Source: Candidatus Bipolaricaulota bacterium (GTDB lineage Bacteria; Bipolaricaulota; Bipolaricaulia; UBA7950; UBA9294). From it: a stretch of 39,583 bases of DNA. The position numbers and the translations under genes were made by a program. A model generated the notes under the pieces. The model was given only the letters and a program-made list of their open reading frames with translations. It did not search any database and had not been told where the DNA came from. The stretch is from assembly GCA_040752575.1 (NCBI GenBank), contig JBFMGK010000028.1, forward strand, positions 1-39,583, given 5' to 3'. Numbering within the stretch: position 1 is the first letter of the stretch; each line of letters starts with the position of its first letter. This document shows, piece after piece, positions 37,172 through 39,583 of the stretch.

Positions 37172-38212
37172 GATATGACAGAATGCCAGCGGGACATCCT
37201 GCGCGTGCTTTGGCCAGATCAAGCCAAAACGCGCTCCGCACTCGAGATGGCGCTTGGTCGATCCAGGCCCACCGTAGACAAGGCGCTGCGTAGACTGATC
37301 GAGCGAGGTCTCGTCGCTCCCCGCGGGGAGGAGGTCGGGCAGAGGGGAAGGCCGCCAACGTCCTTTCAGATACGCGCTGCTGGTTGGCTCGGATTGGGCG
37401 TGGACTTCGAGATCCCGCGCATCAAGGCCGCTGTCACCGACGCGCGGGGAAAAGAGCTCGCAAGAACCGACCTCGTCCTCGGGAGGGACTTCGATGAGCC
37501 GCTTGCCCTCCTTGGACGCACGTCGGCCGCCCTGCAGAGCTGGCTTGGCGCTCTGCCGTACCGCAAGCGCGAGATAAGCAGCGTGGGCATAGGTCTCCCA
37601 GGCTTTCTGCGCGACGGGATGCTCTCGCTCGCCGGTCAGGATCTGCCTGGGTGGAGAAGAATCCCTTTTCGAGAGCACTTCGAGAGGGTCTTCTCCGCGC
37701 CGGTGCACCTGGCGCACGACGTTCATCTGATGGCTCTTGCCGAGTTGGAGCATCGGGGGTGGCAGCAGGGGATCTTGCTCTTTCTCGCCTTGCGGCCCGC
37801 CCTCCATGGGGGGGTGCGGGCCGGTGCCTGCCTGTGCCAAGACGGCCGCCCATACCTCGGCGGACGAGGAAACGGCGGGGCACTTTTCCACGCCACGATC
37901 CCCGCGGAGTCCCTCGTGGGACTGCCAGACGACGAGCGAGCAGCTGCGGCCGCGCGGACGGTTGTCAACTCCCTCGTGCATGTTGTGCCACTTACTGATC
38001 CTGACTACATCGTGATCCACGCGAGCGAACTCGGTTCGGCCGAAGAGCCCTTCATCTCAGCGTGCGAAGGCCTTCTGCGGAGCGCGCTGTCGGATGAATA
38101 CGTCGGCCCCCTGGGCATCACGTCTGCCCAAGTCCGTGATGGAGATGGAGCAGCCGAGGCTGCACGAGCGGCCATGCGGAGACTGTTTTGGCGCGAGGGG
38201 CCTAAAGAATAG
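37157..38212 (+). CDS. ROK family transcriptional regulator (HTH plus sugar-kinase-like domain)
   Basis: TR..L...LG.SRPTV....RLIERGLV, GRPP, GIGLPG, HDV..MALAE, G..GNGG..FH; start at 37157 or 37175. Confidence 0.85.
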   Translation: MHFTKDMTECQRDILRVLWPDQAKTRSALEMALGRSRPTVDKALRRLIERGLVAPRGEEVGQRGRPPTSFQIRAAGWLGLGVDFEIPRIKAAVTDARGKELARTDLVLGRDFDEPLALLGRTSAALQSWLGALPYRKREISSVGIGLPGFLRDGMLSLAGQDLPGWRRIPFREHFERVFSAPVHLAHDVHLMALAELEHRGWQQGILLFLALRPALHGGVRAGACLCQDGRPYLGGRGNGGALFHATIPAESLVGLPDDERAAAAARTVVNSLVHVVPLTDPDYIVIHASELGSAEEPFISACEGLLRSALSDEYVGPLGITSAQVRDGDGAAEAARAAMRRLFWREGPKE

Positions 38213-38289
38213 GCGAGAGGAGGGCGACAGCGACGACACGGGCAGCAGAAGGCCCGCGTCACCGACAAGAAGATGCAGAAGGAGGCATC

Positions 38290-39546
38290 ATGAAAGCGAC
38301 GAAGGGAATTGTTGCGGCGCTGCTCGCAGGCCTGCTGACGAGTGCAGCTGCCGTGGGACAGGTCACGATCGCCGTGGTCTGGAGCGGCGGAGAGCTTGAA
38401 GCCTTCAAGACGACGATCGCCGCGTTCGAGGCGTCCACGGGCATTGACGTGGTCATCGACGAAGTGGGAAGAGATCTGGCGACGGTCCTTCCGGTTCGTG
38501 TCGCGGCAGGCAACCCCCCGGACCTGGCGGGACTACCCAATCCGGGGCAGATGCAGGAGTTCGCAGCTCAAGGGGCGCTGGTGCCGTTGGATGGTCTGCC
38601 TAACTTGGCCGATCATCCGGCGGCGTTTGCCAATCTGGGTTCCTATCAGGACCACGTCTACGGTGTGTTCCTTTCCGCCGACCTCAAGAGCCTTGTCTGG
38701 TACAACCCAAAGGCTTTCGACGCGAACGGGTACGAAGTGCCCGCAACCTGGGACGAGCTGATGGTCTTGTCCCATCGGATGGTTACCGACGGCGGGACTC
38801 CGTGGGCGATCGGCCTGGAGTCCGGCCCGGCTACGGGGTGGCCAGCAACGGACTGGATCGAGGACATCATGCTTCGGACGGCCGGGCCCGACGTGTACGA
38901 CCAGTGGGTTCAGCACGAGATCCCTTGGACTCACCCCGCGGTGAAGACGGCATGGGAGTACTTCGGCCAGATCGTTCTCGATCCAGAGCTCGTCTACGGC
39001 GGCGCCACGGGGGCCCTGACCATCGCGTTCGGTGACTCCCCATCCTCGTTGTTTACGGCGCCCCCGGCGGCCTATCTGCATCGCCAGGCGACGTTCATTC
39101 AGAGTTTCATCCTCACGGCGAACCCGCAACTCGAGCCTCTTGAGGACTACGATGTCTTCCCATTTCCGCCGATCTCCGCGGAGTTCGGGAACCCCCTCCT
39201 GGGGTCGGGGGACATGATCGGGGTCTTCCGCAGCAGCCCTGAGGCACTTGCCCTGGCCGACTTTCTCGCGTCGGCTGAGGCCCAGGAGATCTGGTGCGGA
39301 GCGCTCGGCAAGCTGGCGATCAACAAGAATGTCGATCCGGCGATCTACCCGGATCCGATCACGGCGCGGGCGGCATCCATGCTGGCTGAGGCGGAGGCGT
39401 TCCGCTTCGATGGATCGGACCTCATGCCGGCAGCTGTCGGCGCGGGGACGTTCTGGTCAGGGGTCCTTGACTACATCAGTGGGGTCCCACTGGACGACGT
39501 CCTCCAAACGATTGAGGCCAGCGCTGTCGATGCCTATGGGCCCTGA
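38290..39546 (+). CDS. Sugar ABC transporter substrate-binding protein (alpha-glucoside AglE-like)
   Basis: Signal peptide; AGNPPD...PNPG, KSLVWYNP..F, GLESG.ATGWP.TDWIED, RFDGSDLMPAAVG; SD GGAGG. Confidence 0.9.
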   Translation: MKATKGIVAALLAGLLTSAAAVGQVTIAVVWSGGELEAFKTTIAAFEASTGIDVVIDEVGRDLATVLPVRVAAGNPPDLAGLPNPGQMQEFAAQGALVPLDGLPNLADHPAAFANLGSYQDHVYGVFLSADLKSLVWYNPKAFDANGYEVPATWDELMVLSHRMVTDGGTPWAIGLESGPATGWPATDWIEDIMLRTAGPDVYDQWVQHEIPWTHPAVKTAWEYFGQIVLDPELVYGGATGALTIAFGDSPSSLFTAPPAAYLHRQATFIQSFILTANPQLEPLEDYDVFPFPPISAEFGNPLLGSGDMIGVFRSSPEALALADFLASAEAQEIWCGALGKLAINKNVDPAIYPDPITARAASMLAEAEAFRFDGSDLMPAAVGAGTFWSGVLDYISGVPLDDVLQTIEASAVDAYGP

Positions 39547-39583
39547 GCGATAGAGCGGCGTGGCCGCGAGGGCGAACTGCTCT

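Noticed and set aside
1..39583. Mobile elements, prophage, defence systems, rRNA or tRNA genes
   Set aside because: No integrase, transposase, phage or defence domains and no tRNA/rRNA motifs recognised; composition looks uniform

Overview
GC-rich bacterial chromosomal segment densely packed with about 40 housekeeping, transport and signalling genes. No rRNA, tRNA, CRISPR array, transposase or phage gene was recognised. Recognisable genes: nucleoside phosphorylase (partial), membrane thioredoxin-like protein, patatin, ArsR-CDF-DUF362 unit, diguanylate cyclase, DedA, MarC, YeiH, TrpB2, cupin, two MFS transporters, TIGR04076, ACT, ChrB-like, ilvE with a MocR regulator, HD-GYP response regulator, NUDIX, cyclic amidohydrolase with pyrB, an Hsp100 ATPase under a CIRCE element, TauE, HDIG, pepF, ybaK, ggt, mgtE, yajC-secD, holA, rnhA, ClC, ROK regulator and a sugar ABC binding protein. 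The most interesting signals are below the ORF-track size cutoff or non-coding: (1) a self-contained transcription unit for a 26-aa Lys/Ala/Pro histone-H1-like peptide with a perfect TTGACA/TATAAT promoter, 5' hairpin, perfect SD and terminator; (2) a Trp-codon leader peptide with alternative RNA structures upstream of trpB2; (3) a ClpB-like ATPase lacking both the M-domain and the ClpP-docking loop; (4) several probable leaderless genes; (5) a structured region upstream of the cupin gene. All calls come from reading motifs by eye; no searches or folding programs were run.
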